Positions 49,450 to 62,760 of a stretch of DNA of 64,000 nucleotides are shown piece by piece (position 1 is the stretch's first letter; every line of letters begins with the position of its first letter). Where the stretch lies: NCBI GenBank assembly GCA_036172245.1, contig JAYWIR010000008.1, positions 2,852,001-2,916,000 on the forward strand, given 5' to 3'. A program made the position numbers and the translations under genes. Under the pieces are notes generated by a model. That model saw only the letters and a program-made list of their open reading frames with translations, was not told the DNA's origin and made no database searches. The stretch is from Raillietiella orientalis (taxonomy: Eukaryota).

Positions 49450-51050
49450 GCACCTCGTTGAGCCAACGCCGACGGGCGCCTCACTCTTGGAGCTCCGAGA
49501 CTCCCGCTTGTTGTTGTTTGGAAACGAAAGCCGAGCTCATCGCCATTGCAGGGCAGCTTCCAGAAATCCAGGACGACGAACAATTCTGTGGAGAGGTGGG
49601 GGGGGGGGATCTCTGTCTACATGGCTCTCGCTTGCCTTCTTTGCAGAAGGAAAGAACCACGTAGACACAGACTCTGGGGTAGTTCCTGGAAACGCGAGTG
49701 GATGTGTTCCTGATGGGAGTGCACCCGGAATCAAGGTGGCCACTGATGAAAAAAGGAAAAAGAAGGAAGAGCTCCTGGAGATCAGGAGGGCAGCTCGGGT
49801 CTTCTAGACCTACGATTGCTCCCCGGCTGACCACTAGGGTCACTCCCGCCAGGATGCTTCGTAGATCTCTGACGCTTTTAGCCTCCGAAGGGAGTTCGCT
49901 AGGGTTATCGGGTTTGCAGGGAATCTTGCATCTCTTCCCCTGGCCCATTTCCCAAAGACATTCCTAGACAAGGAGTCCTAGATTCCCCGAGTCATTCTGA
50001 AGGAACCAGCTCTCGGAGATTCCTCTGGACGCGCGCGGCTTTTAGGTCATGCTCCTGTCTCCTCCCTCCTTCTTCGGGTGTGTTTGAGGTTTTCCGGGGA
50101 GCCACATGGACTGGAGACAGCCCTGACAAGAGGGAAACTGGGGCCGGAGTAGGCACGCCCTCGATCCCTCTTGGAGTGGTAGCGAATTTCTGGGCGCAAG
50201 CGATCGGGCGCGCCGTCCGAATGCCATGTGGACTCAGCCAGAGGGAAGGCACTCTCAAGTAAGGGTTCTGGTGCTCTTGGGCTCCTAAATGGGGTCACCC
50301 TTCCGGATGAGAAGGTGATGGGCTTCCCTTTGCCAGTGTACCCCACGAACCGCCTCCCCCTGCGGTCTGGTGGGACCGTCGCCGAGTCGCAGCAGCCATT
50401 CCACCATCTCTCCCCGACCCTACTCTCCCTGGAACCGCAGTTCTACCTCTACCCTCGACTGCCTCATTGTGGGCACTTGGGAAACCTTCCTCTGTTTCGT
50501 TGCGCCAACACGGACAAGCGCTCCACTCCTGGGGCTCCGAAACTCCTGCTTATTGTTGCTTGGAAACGAAAGAAGGCAGCCTCGGGCGTGAGCCGAATCG
50601 GTTCAGGGTGGAGTCGAAGGAAGGTCACAGGATTTTCGAAAGAGGGATGGGGTTCCGGGAAGTGCGGGGGGGGGGACAAACGCTTCCGGGGATGTACCTG
50701 CCTATCCTCCCCTATTCTTCGCGCGAAAGGGCGACCTTCAGCTTAGATCGATGCAGGTCGGAGGGCTCCCTGGGGACGCGTGGGGGGACTGACTCCAGAG
50801 GATTCCAGAAGCTTCCAGAGTGCCTCAGGGGAGTGGCTTACCCGACGTTCCTGAGGAGGGGCGCGGAGAAAGCGAGGGAGGAGGGGAAATCTCAGTCCCC
50901 AGGGATTCTACATCTGCGGAAGCGACACTCGGCGAAGGGGAGACATGGACCTTCGAGTCGCGAGAGAGTCGAGGGAGGGGGAGGGAGTAGGAGCCATGAG
51001 CTCACGCCTCCGGAGTCACGAGGATACCTCAGGGGTTTTCCCCTCGGGGA
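49450..51050. repeat. Two diverged direct copies of an unclassified element (family D), ~1.04 kb apart
   Basis: 49456-49530 aligns with 50498-50572 (cgttg.gccaac...gctccga.actcc.gctt.ttgttg.ttggaaacgaaag); both are followed by a G-run and weaker similarity. Confidence 0.65.
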
Positions 51051-54000
51051 GCTCCCGAGAAACTCTCCAGCAGAGGACATGGCTCTCCGCCTGCGCAGGG
51101 AACCAGCCGCGTCGCCTTTGCGTTTCTCCCGGTCGTCATGGAAACCAATCAGAACCTGACCTCGGGTTTTATTGGGGTCATCGCTAATTATAGGATCCGA
51201 ACAACAGATCCGACACTTGCAAATGGCTTTTGAGCGCCATCAGGCCACGCCCTCCGCTCGGTCGTCAATCTTCTTAGCCTCCGATCCGGTCGTTTGCCTG
51301 CTGGCTCGGAGATGAATCTTCACGCTCGAAGGATCCCGGCCTGTACTGGCTTCGGCCGAATAAAATTCGTCTTCCCCCGGGGCCGAAACCCCCTCGATCC
51401 CTCTCATTTTGTTGGCTTGATTCGGAGGAGGGAAAGCCGGGGGATGCCGTGAAGAAGTAAGGGAGAGAACCTTGCTGCAGCCGCTATCTACAGGGAGCCA
51501 TCGCCTGGAAGCAGCGGGAAGGAGGTCCTGCTCTCTCTCCCCCAGAAGTCAAGCGGAAGAAAGGGCGACCTCGGTACTCTTGTCGCCTGCGGGCCCCTCA
51601 CGAGAGTCCGAGGACTCCACACTCTTTTCTTTTTTTTATGTGTGTTCACACGCGAGCATGAATGCTGCTTGCGTGTAGACGGCGGCGAAGGACGCTCCTG
51701 TCCTTCTGGAACTTGACCTCTCTGAGGTGGAATAGGAGATCCCCCTGTTCGGCTGGCCTTTTCAATCGCAAGGAACGGAGAGGCCCACGTTGCCTGGGCC
51801 CTTTGACATACTCCCCTCCTCCATGACTTCCTCCTCTTATCTCCTCTCTTTGGTGCCGTTTCCTGGAGTACCGGATTGAGCCGCCGGAAGCATCCCTCGC
51901 GGAGAAAGGGGAAGTGGTTGCCATCTCCTTCCTTGCCAGGAAGAGGAAGGAAAAGCAAAGGGAGAGGAAGGGGATGGGCGAAGAGATCTGTACATTCCCC
52001 AAACACCAGCGACTCGTTTTCCTCCCACTGCCCCAAGCTAGAGCCGTTTTTCCATCTCCCCTCCTCTCTTTTCACCATTAACACGCCTTCATCCACCTAC
52101 TCGACCACTGCTGACTCCTCTTCCTTCCCCCCATCTCCTCCGTCTGTTCTTTCACGTCCACCACTGCCACAGACTCCGCGCTCTCCTCCTTCTCTACCGT
52201 TAATGAATGATTCATCTTTCGCTACCTTCTCCTCCATCATTAACACGTTCACCTCCACGTCCAGAAGCGTGCCTGTTTTCCCCTCTCCCTCCTTCGTGCT
52301 CGCATGCACGGGGTCTCGGCGGGAAACCCCTGACTGAAGCGGCAGGAAGAGGGGAGTCGATGGAGGCAGAGAAAGAACACTTTCGTAGAAATGGGTGCTA
52401 AGAGGAGGAAGAGAAGCACAGAACGGAGCAGAGGAAGAGAGGGAAGGGAGTAGTGGGTCTCGGCTGCATCCTCTCTTCTCGTTGGAACTGATATTGTCTG
52501 GTACCGTGTCCCGCGTTCGGTCTGGGACCGCCGTGGGCAGTTGCTGTCTCTCGAAAAGGACTCTTCTTCCCGCTGACTCTTAAAGGCGAGTGGGCTCTTT
52601 CCCCACCCTTCCCCCCTTCGTTTGCTGTCGACTTCACCGGGTGAAGGGGTGAAAGGGGGATGCGGAGGAAGGATCAGGGAGAAACTGTTCCGATTGCTCC
52701 ATTGCTGATTCCCATTTCTCCCTTCCCCATGTCTGCGTTCTCGCTCTTCCACCGGCCCGAGAGCTGCTCGCGGAAGCGAGGTCACAGTAGTCCTGCTCCT
52801 CCCCCCTCTGAAGGTCTTCAGGACGACTGCGTCAGGGACAGCCCTTCGTTCCTGCGCGCGAGTTCCTTCCTGCTTGTCTTCACCAGGGCTGCCTCTGTGA
52901 GGCACTGAGACGGACGGATGCTCTGGAGAACTTCCTTGCCGGCCTCCTCAGTGGCGGCTGGGGCTCGCGGAGGTGCCTCTGGGATCTTCTCCTTCCCCCT
53001 CGTCTTTTGTTCGCCCCGGGAAGGGAAGGGGGAGGGGGGGAGGGAACGAACGCAGTCGATAACCTCTAAGTGCGAGGGCCAGGGTTCTGATGCGTCCAGG
53101 AGACTCCCAGAGTCCGGGAGTGCAGTCTCGCTCCGGAAAAAAAGAGTGGCACCTGAAATCTCTCTATTCCCTGCAGGCAGGAGCCGCAACATCGATCGCC
53201 AGATCCGAGGACTCACGTGATCCTCTCGCTGCCGGCATGTTCGGTCCATTACGGTTGCTCCAAACAAAGGAAGGAAAGCTGGAAAAAGAGCGGAAGAGAA
53301 CGAGAGAGAGAAAGAGAAAAAAAAGACTCTCGCACTGCTGCTAATGGCGGAGCCGGGCGAGTCTCACCGCCTCCTTGCCATCCTCCCCGCCGCTGCCTTC
53401 CAGACTATCGAGCTGGCAGGAAGCGATCTGGAGAGCTGCTTCCCGGATCCGCAGACGATCCACAATGAGTCCCAGCAGACAGCTGGGATCCAGGCGAGGA
53501 GTCTGGAGGAGGACGGAAAGAGACGGGAGGAGGGAAGGAAAGAGGAAGAGGTGGAGAGCTCGGGAAATCCGCGACAGAAGGAAGGGGAAGAAGAAGGGCA
53601 TTTCTTCTTCCTTCTCCATCTCTTCCTCGTCTCCTTCCACGCCGTCGTCCTCTTTCGCCTCCTCTCCCTTTCCTCCTTTCAGGAGTCACCACTACTAAAG
53701 GCGACCGGAAGCAGGAAGCTGCGCAGGTCTGGAGCTAGGCATCTCCTTCCTTTTCCCGGGTAACAAGGCGTCGGGAGAGACTAGAGGGGAGCGCGGACGA
53801 ATGAGAGTCTGCCGCCCGGCGTCCTCGACCTGGCCTGGGGAACTGAGGAGGCTGGGGATCCCACGCAGCGTGGTCCACGTTGGAGGACTCCTGGAAGATC
53901 CGCCAATCTTTCGCTGCTCACGTGCGCCCTCTCTGGTGCTCAACCGCCTACCCCTTTCGATCGGGAGTGGAACTTTCTCGGTACTCCTGTGGGTATGATG

Positions 54001-57000
54001 AACGGCGCTTCTGGTTCGTCCTCCGTGCCTTTCCCTTTCCACCTCTCGAGGATGCCTCGGGCAGGAGATGACTTGGTTTTCCCATTTCCTCGTAGAGAAC
54101 TTCTGGAAGGAAACGACCAGAGGGTTTTCCCGCCTCTCCCGGCTCCTCTTTCCTGTGCACCCTGCGGTCCTCCTCGCAGCCTGCTGGGCCTCCCCCTCCC
54201 GTCCACTCGTGCGCGAAGCGACCTGCGAGGGGTATCCGCTCCTTGACGCGCCACCGCCGTAGCCGGGAGTGCTGGAGTGGAGACCTCACTCTTTCTGCCT
54301 CTCTTTGCACCGTTCCCCGGTCGCGCGCGGCGGCAAGCGCAGGGGACTGGAGTCAAGTCTGGAGGTGTGCTCGATCCTCTCCTTTCTCTTCTTTCCCGGC
54401 GCTGCCATTTGAACACTCCGCTTCCACTTCTCGAGCGCCCTGGATCTGCCCCTCTCGTACACGGAGATCGCAGGAAGCGAAGTGGAGGAAGAGGGGACAA
54501 TCGCCGCGCCCTCCGGAAACACTATTCCGGCCCGAATTTTCCCATATTTAGCTGGTGACCCGGTTCCCTCTCTCACCCTCTCCCACCCGTTTGCCTGGAT
54601 CGCATCGTTGAGACGGTGATAGCGAGAACGCACCTCAACGCGTCGCGCTGCCTGCTCGACCGCGGAATATGCGCGGCCCGCCCTCAACAGACGCCATCCC
54701 TATTGCTCTGCCCCTTCCTCTACACCCCTACTGGATTTGGCTTTGCTGTTTTGTGAGCTAACGGCGCCCTCCTTGCTGCTTCTGGCTCCTTCCCATCCCT
54801 TCAAAAGATCTTCCCCTCCCCTCCCTCCTCCTCTCTCCTCCCCAAGAATTTCGAGACACGCCCACTCATCGCTCAAGGGGAGTAACTCCCCGCGCCACGG
54901 GAAGCCCCTGACCAGCAGCCTATCGGTGTGTTTTTCCGGAACTTGTACCGGGCTCCCTTCCTCTTCGTCCGCAGCATCGGCAGCAGGGAACCCTGGAGGG
55001 CACAGCAGGAAGCACCAAGGACACCCCTGCCCCTCCGTCTGGTCATCGCCGTCCAGCTGAGACGAGCACCCCCTTTGCAGGCAAGTGGCAGGCGGCTGCC
55101 GCTCGGCGGCCCCTCGGGGCAGAGACGCCCGGAGCGCCAAGGGTCTGATCTGCGCTTCTCTCCCTGCCGGCGCGTGGCGCGGTCATCCACCTCTGCAGGC
55201 TGCTCGAAGGGGCCAGACGACCGTCTTGGTGCGTTCCCACCCAACGCTCAGGAATCTTTCCGCATCCGGAGGAGCCCAAGGTTTGTGCCGAGCGCTCCTG
55301 CCAACGCGGGCGCGCGAACTTCCGGGAGAGACCGTTCGCCCCTCACCCCCGAGTCTGGCAAGGGTGCATGAAACGTGCGCGCAATCCTTATGTTTCTGCT
55401 GTTCCGTCTTCGGCCACCGGGTGACGACGCGGGGACTGCCGCGTGACCAAGGAGTTGCCTCTCACGGGAGGCGCGCGGTCCTCCGCACCGGCGTTCCCCT
55501 TCTTTCCGTGTCGGCCTCCCGCGCTCCTGGCCAGCCCCAGAGGGTGGAGCCCGCCTCCCCCCCGCCGCCAGGCCGACCAGGTCCTGGAGTCGCTCGGGAG
55601 GGGCCTCTCGTGCTCACGGGCACGTTCTCCGCCAAGTAGGTGACCTTCCCTCCTCCCGGGCGGGTCGAAGCGTCCCGCGTTCGACAGCCGCCCCGCCAAG
55701 GCGAGAGAGCCGGCGCCCGCCCGCCCGCCCGCCCGCTTCGAGGAACGACTCCCGAGGCGAGCGGAGGACGGGCGCCCCATTTTTTCCTCCTCCTCCAGGG
55801 GGAAATGGGATTTCGGCTGTATGCGAGTGCGTGCGTGCGTGCGTGTGTATGTGTGTGTGTGAGAGCGAGAGAGCGAGAGAGTCCCGATTCAATTGCGCGC
55901 GCTCCTCCAGACGGGGTCTGCTCCTTCCCCTCTCGTCAATCCCAAACTAATTTCGAAAGTGCCACGCGCTAAAATATGTATTTTGATTGAGGATGCGGTT
56001 ATCTGCTGTAGACCGGTGACGCGCATTTTTTTTTCTTCTTCTGTGCGTGAGTGCGTGCGTGTGCGTGCGAAGGTTGACTAGCAACGCTTTTCGCGCGCGC
56101 GGGAGGTGGAGGAGGAGGTCACGCTCTCTTCGTGCGATTTTTCGGCGCGACCTGCGCGCGTGCGAATGAGTTTGCGAGCGCGAAGGAGGGGGGAGAGAGG
56201 GGAAAGCGGGAATCTTCGACTCACAGATGCCCTGCAGGCCAGCCGCCACTGCTCTTCGGTCGGCAAGGTGGCAGGAAGGAGCAGTGGTTCGGAAAATGCC
56301 GCAGAACCAAAGCCCAGGGGTGTTTTCTCGTTTCGGAGGCCCTATCCTCCGGGAAAGAGCGATCCGCCTTGGGAGACGGGAGTCCGCGGGGAGATGATTT
56401 TTCATGATGATTCTGATTCCGCAAGATGTCTCTCCTTGTCCCCTTCCCCCCCTCCTTCCCTTTTCGAGAGGGTTTGGATCCCTGCCTTCCCCTGTCCCGG
56501 ACGGATCGACGGCCCACATCGACGGTTCCACAGTGCAATTATAGAGAAAACCGATAGAATGCTACTGGTTTTCGTTTTACGATTGTAATGGGGACCTTTG
56601 CTACTAACTAATTGCTCCTGTTGCCCATTCTGGGAGCGAATGGATCCATTAATTCGTCACGAACAGTACGAGAGTGGATGGGGGGGGGAGCGGCAGTCTG
56701 CCTCATTCGAAGGCAGGCACCCCCCACTTTCGAGGACTCCTTACCTCCTCCCTCACATTCTCCTCTAACCAGGAAGACCGACGGGAAGGACGGAAGGAAT
56801 CAGTGGACGGGGAGATGCGGCGGCGGAAGATCGGAAACGCGGCGGCGGAAGCAGCAGACACGCGCGTTGTCACGTAAAGCGAGGGGTACTTCCCCATTCG
56901 AATTTGGTACATGTGATGGATGCTCGAAGGGATCTTAACGACCCCCAGCATCTGGTCATCAGGCGGAAGCTTCTCTGGGGCTGTTTATCCAGGCTTGAGA

Positions 57001-57599
57001 CGCAGAATGCTCTGTCCTGGATATGTTGAACGTGGGAGCGCACGCCTCCTCCGTAGTTTCTTTTCTTGGCTCATGAATTCTCCGGTTCTGTGAGCACCTC
57101 ATCACCCCCACCGCTGCCTCTCCAGACGGGGTGGGTACTCCTTTGTAGGGCGAAGAGAGGGGAAGCGGTTCCTGCGTTTGGTCCGCCGATGCTGAGCTCC
57201 CAAATGGACGGGCGTCGTCGAGCAGCGGGGTTCGGCTTGGATTTAGCAGCGAGACATCCGCGGCCACTTCCCCGTTCCACTCCCGCAAAGATGCTCCGTA
57301 GCATCCCAGTTCTGCAGCAGCCAGCTTCCTCTGTCTTCATTCCACCCCACCCCGCCACCCCCTCCTCGCTGCGGAGCGCGCAGAGCGCGCTCCCTTTCGG
57401 CAGTCATCTTTTCGGCGCGCACAAATGCTGAGAGTCCTCCTTGGAAATCCAGGAAGACCGGAAATTCCCGGATGGGGACGAAGCGATTCCTGGTTCTCTT
57501 CGATGACGCCACTCGGGAGCTTCCGGGAACCTGCCGCCAGCCGTGCGCTACTTTCCGCAACCTCGGGACTCCGTCGTACGAGACTCCGAAAGGTGCGCG

Positions 57600-58620
57600 G
57601 CACGCGCGTGGCAATGAGGATCCTGCGGAGGCGCGCACACGAATGTCAGAAATCATCAGCATCCTCGGGCAGAAGCAACGTCGGCGCTTATCTAGAGTCG
57701 TTTTGAAGGTCTTCCTTCGGGACTCCACTCCCGTCAGTCCGTTGTGGAAAAGAGAGCAGATGAGCAATGCAGTGGGCTCCTGGGAGTGGTCCACGCAGCT
57801 CTCGGAGGAATCCGACCTACTGGCCCGAGGCGTGCTCCCGACAAGCATCGTAGGAGCGACGAGAAGAAGCCCAGACTTTCAGCGCAAGGGATTCAGTTTC
57901 CTCCCCGACTGGAAATCCTATGGATCCAGGGCATCGGTCACGATGGGTTCCAGAAGGATCGCGAGACCTTGAGCCCCCGCAGTCGCGGCAGAGAGTGCCG
58001 TGTCTGTCCCTCTTTCAGTGGCCGAATCCTGACAGCAGCAGGCCAACCGGTTGAGGCCAGGTTCAGCGCCGCAGCCACCAGCAGCAGGGACATGCAGTTC
58101 TTCGGCGCTCCGGTTGTCCTCAGAAACTTGACCGGGGAGTTGGTGCTTCCCCGGCAGCACCCGAGAGGAGACCGCATCTTGGATTCCTTCCCAGTTTTGC
58201 GAGCTCGTCGTTTCGGGAGTCGAGGACCACTAGGGAACGTCGGTGACGGCGCTTTCCTCCTCGATGGACCCCTGGGAAGTGCAGCCAGTCCTCCGGAGCT
58301 CCCTACGTGCAGTCTGGACGCGCCCTACCTGCTTGCGCAGCCACTGAAGCACAGGACCCGCTCAAGGGGGTGTTGTGCCGCCTTCTCGCGGCCATCTTCG
58401 CGGGCACAGGGACTCTCGCCGCGCACCACGCCGCCTTGAGAGTGGACCTGGGGGGGCGTCTAGACGAAGGGGCACCTCGGTATCTCCTGGTGCAGGCCGT
58501 CGGCTGAACCTCAATTCGAGGAACCTCACTGAGGGCTCGCGGCTCCTCCCCTCCAGGAAGGACGGCATAAGGATAGCTCAAGTATGGGCAGACGAGCGCA
58601 GCAATGCAGTGACCACCAGC
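57600..58620 (+). mobile_element. Degenerate C-terminus of an RLE-type (R2/R4/NeSL-like) non-LTR element
   Basis: In order: LLARGVLPT, ECRVC, GHAVL..GCP, RGDRIL (RH relic), APYLL (PD relic), LKYG (KxxKY relic). Confidence 0.45.
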
Positions 58621-58779
58621 TAACGCAGCCAAGAAAGTTCCTAAAAATTCCTCGAAAGGTGTCTTCTGCTTTCTCCTCGGTAACCGCTCATCCTTCTGCC
58701 CTCCCCTCCCCGTGCGAAATCCCGGCGGGAGGCCACGGCGTGGACCGGTCGCCACAACAGCAGTAGCAGCAGTAGCAGA

Positions 58780-59152
58780 CAGATTCCCTCGAGAACGCCT
58801 CCGGCTGATTCCTAGCAGCCCTTTGCTGCCTATACGGGATCGTGGCGGCCTGGAGCAATACCAGTCAGAGTCAGTCATTCCGAGAAGAGCTTGCCAGCAT
58901 CCTCGGGTGAATTCAGAGGACGGCCTTCGGCAGGCTGTGATCCCTTTTCATGCCCTCCAAAGCTGCTTCAATTTTCGTTTGTTTGCTTTTCTTCATTTTT
59001 TGGTTTTCCCCTCTGCAGTCGAGGTCATCCCCCCAGTCTGTGCACCGGACGCTCGGTAAGCCGTGCCCATGCCAGGACTTGATGGGGCAGATGGCCCCAT
59101 TGTTTTTGTAAGTTTATTTTTAACAAACGACCCAGCGATCCTGGGTGAAAAC
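58780..59152 (+). mobile_element. LINE family T short 3' copy T8 (internal deletion)
   Basis: AALCCLYGIVAAWS...EELASILG*IQRT; 3' UTR with gtcgag/ctcggt, cagtctgtgcac, atggggc/gccccat and terminal acccag/ctgggt-gaaaa. Confidence 0.85.
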
Positions 59153-60949
59153 TGAGGACGTCTCCAATTCGAAGGACGCAGAGTCGGTCGTCTTGTCCAC
59201 GACGCCGTCGAGGGCCACCACCACCCTTCCAGCACGAGGTCACCGGATCCCGGTAGCGACCCGGTTCTTCTGCCGTAGGCGGAGCGGAGAAGTTTCTCAG
59301 TTGCTACACTGCTGCCGAGGCCTCAGCCCCGTGAAAGAGGCGCCTTGTCCGAGTCAGGGATCCGGAAAATCGTCGAGGACCTTTAATTACGGAATGGGAG
59401 GTAAACAGAGCAACAAGATCCCAAGAACGAAACTGAGGATGAGTGCAACTCATCTGCTACCCGAGAGAGAGAGAGAAGGAGGGAGAAAAAGTAGTTGAAA
59501 ACAAAAGGCAAAGTCCGGGTGTTCCGACCAACACCGCTGCAGCCGATTCAACGCGCGTTCCCAGCGGCTAATCTTCCGCGATCCCAATCGAGGGAAGCTG
59601 AACTTCAAGAAGAGTGGAAGGAGGAGCACGTCAGGAGTGGCCTGAAGGCGAACCACGCGGAGACGCAACCGGCCTTCCCGGATGCCGGGCGAGCAGACGG
59701 GGAAGCGCTCATTCCCTCCCCCCTTCCCTGCTTATGGCGGCGCCCGGAAAGAACACGGCTTGAACCCATCAACCCGAACCTCAAGAGCGACAGCGGAAAA
59801 AAGGCCCACCGCATTCAACACAACAACGGCGAAGGGAGGGGATTAAAGTCCCGGAAATGTGGCTGCTGAGAGCGAAGGGGGACAAGGATACCCTCTTTAA
59901 ATGGCTGGGGAGGAGCTGCGGAACGTCTCTGCCATCAGATGGTCGCCTCTTTAACCGGTCCCGTGTCTGGCATGCGCCTGGCTGTGGGGGCAACACGTGG
60001 CTTTTTGCTGGGTACGTGACGTCACGCGTTCACGACTCGAGTCGCGGCACTGTTGGGTGGGCACCGCGCGGGTCGTGTAGTTCGTGTTGCTGCTGCGCAC
60101 GCACCAACGTTCAAATACAAAATTCACGATCGCAATTACGTCGGCAGTGATGCTGAGGGCCTTCATCTGCAGCGGTGCCGAGAATGCTGACCGCGACGCC
60201 TCTCGGGGCTTTTGGCTGGAACTCCAAGCCCTGGATCAAGGACGCAGGGAGTCGGATCGCTATCCTAGTGGCACGGCGAGCGTCTGATCAAGGGGCGCCA
60301 GAGATGTCAATTGTGAGGGCCCTACCTTGTGGTGCTGGTTTGTTTCCATGCTGCTCAACGAGGTTCGGCGTGGCCTCTTCCCTTGTGGAAGCTCGTCCGC
60401 ACCAGGGAAGATTGGGACGCCGTCGCTCTCCATTTACGTTTCGCAATTTACCAAGCATGCCCAGGGGGGACACAGGAAAGAGAGGGGCGCACCCTCCCTC
60501 TCTTCCGCTGTCGGTCGCGCATCTTCATGTTTTCCTGACGAAGCTGTGGTTCTTGGGTTCTTGGACGAGAGGCTTCATTCCGGTTAGTGGTTGAACTCGC
60601 ACTCTCGGTACGTCTCCCCGTGATGGTGTGTGTTTGATCACCATTTCTTCCTGGTGAGCTTTTCGCCCGTCTCTTAAGAGCTTCTATCGTTGCATGGTCG
60701 TTTACCAGAGCTCGTGGAGCCAGGAGTCCAGCGATGATCCACCCTCATGATCAAAGCAGCCACCCCTCCAGCGGCGGAATGGAGCCCTTGCCCTATCTCT
60801 CGTTTGGAAACCCGGCTAGCGTTCCGTAGGGGCAGGTGAACTCTTTCTTTCAGTCTCCCTGTAGGATCCCGGTTCGGATCTGAGTCGCCACCTTCGGATA
60901 TTCCTTGGGGATTTTCCAGTCCCGGCTGCAGGTCATCTGCCAGCAGCCC

Positions 60950-62760
60950 CGACACTCATGCTCTGGCTGCTGGTGCCATTTCTGAGAGCGTGGTTTGGCA
61001 GTTCTCCCCACGCCAGCCTATTTCCTGAGCACGCGATCGGCGCTGCCCCTGGCGGACCTCGTTCGCACAGGTGGTAGATGAAACTGCCCCAGGGCTTCGA
61101 GTCGATTCCTTACCGGGGGAGAGAGGCCTTTGCTTTTCGGAGCTAGGGTTCGTTGCGGTCATCTTGAATTTCCTCCACGGGCGAGCAGTACAAAGAAGGG
61201 AGGGATAAGAGCGTTCCTGCGGGGCTCTGCCAGGCTGCTGCTGCGAAGACGCAATGGGGTACATTTTGGATCATCGTCTGCGGCATTTCCGTCTCTGCAT
61301 CGAGCGGTGCGATGCCTCAGTGGAGCGTCTGATGGAGACGCGCGCTGGTTTCAAGCATCCCGGAGACTGCCCTTGTGGATCCTCGCTCTCGACTTGACCT
61401 GGGTTTAGCCAAAGGCCAACTGAGCGCCATCCTAGGAGTCTGCATCACCTTTGGTCCCGGGAGAGGAAAGAGGGCGGATGTCACGCAGTGACTCTTCCCA
61501 CTTCCCTCCTATCGAGTCCACGCCACCGAGAAACCCCCTGGGACACCTCCATGTCAGGGTGTCCAGGGATCTCCGTCGCAGAGGTTTCGCGGGATTCGTA
61601 GTTGTCCTCCCACTGCATGCGGCTAGGGCGCAACCCTCGATGGCCTCTGGCCGAGCTGCGTCGAGCTTGTCGGACCTGCACATCCGACGTCCTGCTAGAG
61701 AATCGCCTCACCTGGACAGCACGGAGTGCCGGGAGGCGGTTTCGGAGCGATGGAGAACTCGAAGCTCCCTCTCTCGGCGAGCGCTGGGCATCCCTCGCAT
61801 GCACAGAGGGCTGCCGTCGATGGATCATGATGACGCCCTCATCTTCGAGGGCACGAAGATTGGGGAGCGTCGTTCCCTTTGGATTGTTTTATTGCACTCC
61901 TTTAGCGTCGGAGCAAAAATCTTCTCCCATCCAGAACCTGTGGACCGGATTCTCGCACCAACAGTTGTGTAGGACGGAATGCTACGTTCGTGGATCCCTA
62001 GACCACTGCGCCTGCGTTTTGCGAGGAACCCGGATTCAAGAGAACGCCCACAGCCTTTACGTGCTTGATCTCCGTTCTGTTCATATCGATCGCCCGGGCC
62101 CATGCCGACATGAGCTGGCAGCCTCGCCGGTTCTCGCGCCACGTTCGCCTTGGCTCCACAACCGCGGAGAGGGACGCGCGAAGAAGGCGCGATCGACGAG
62201 TCGAGGGGGATGCCGCCACGCCGCCGGCGCTCTTCTGCGAGAAGTTCGGCCGAGATGGCGCCTTTCCCGCCGGCCGCTCGTCTCCCCCCGATCCCCGAGA
62301 TCAACGAGGGTGGTGGTGCGAGGTTCCCTGTCCGGAGCAGTCTCCGCTGTCCTCCTCCCTGCTGCCGGGAGAGTGGTCGAACTTTTCAGCGCGCCTTCCC
62401 TGAGGTCGGGCTGGAGTTCCCGAAGGACGTTCGGATTCGTACACGCGTCGGGAGCTGTTATGGGCACGCGCGCGCAGCTGGTGGCGCCTTCGGCGAAGGA
62501 GAGATGCGGTGCGTGCTCAGCAGCTTCTCGGACCCTCCACGAGGAGGTGCGGTGGTCGGGTGGGGTGTTGGTAGTGGCAGCCACCACGTGGACAGTTCAG
62601 CGGTCGTGGTGAGGGGGGAGGCAGCGCCGCGCGATGTGCTGCCGCCGACACGAGTCTTCCTTTCCTCTGAGATCGGAAATAAATGGGGGGAGGGATGGGT
62701 CAACGGGAAAGCGCCGGCCTCGGATGCCAACCCGGGACTCTTGAGCCTTCCCGAAGCCAG
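60950..62760 (-). mobile_element. Degenerate RT of an R2/NeSL-like non-LTR element
   Basis: Collinear relics: VPITAP, GIPLDSSIA..RVP, KGVQ/RSPIF, NPAK, RLLG, SDAPLRHR (cf. rApLKPxQR). Confidence 0.5.
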
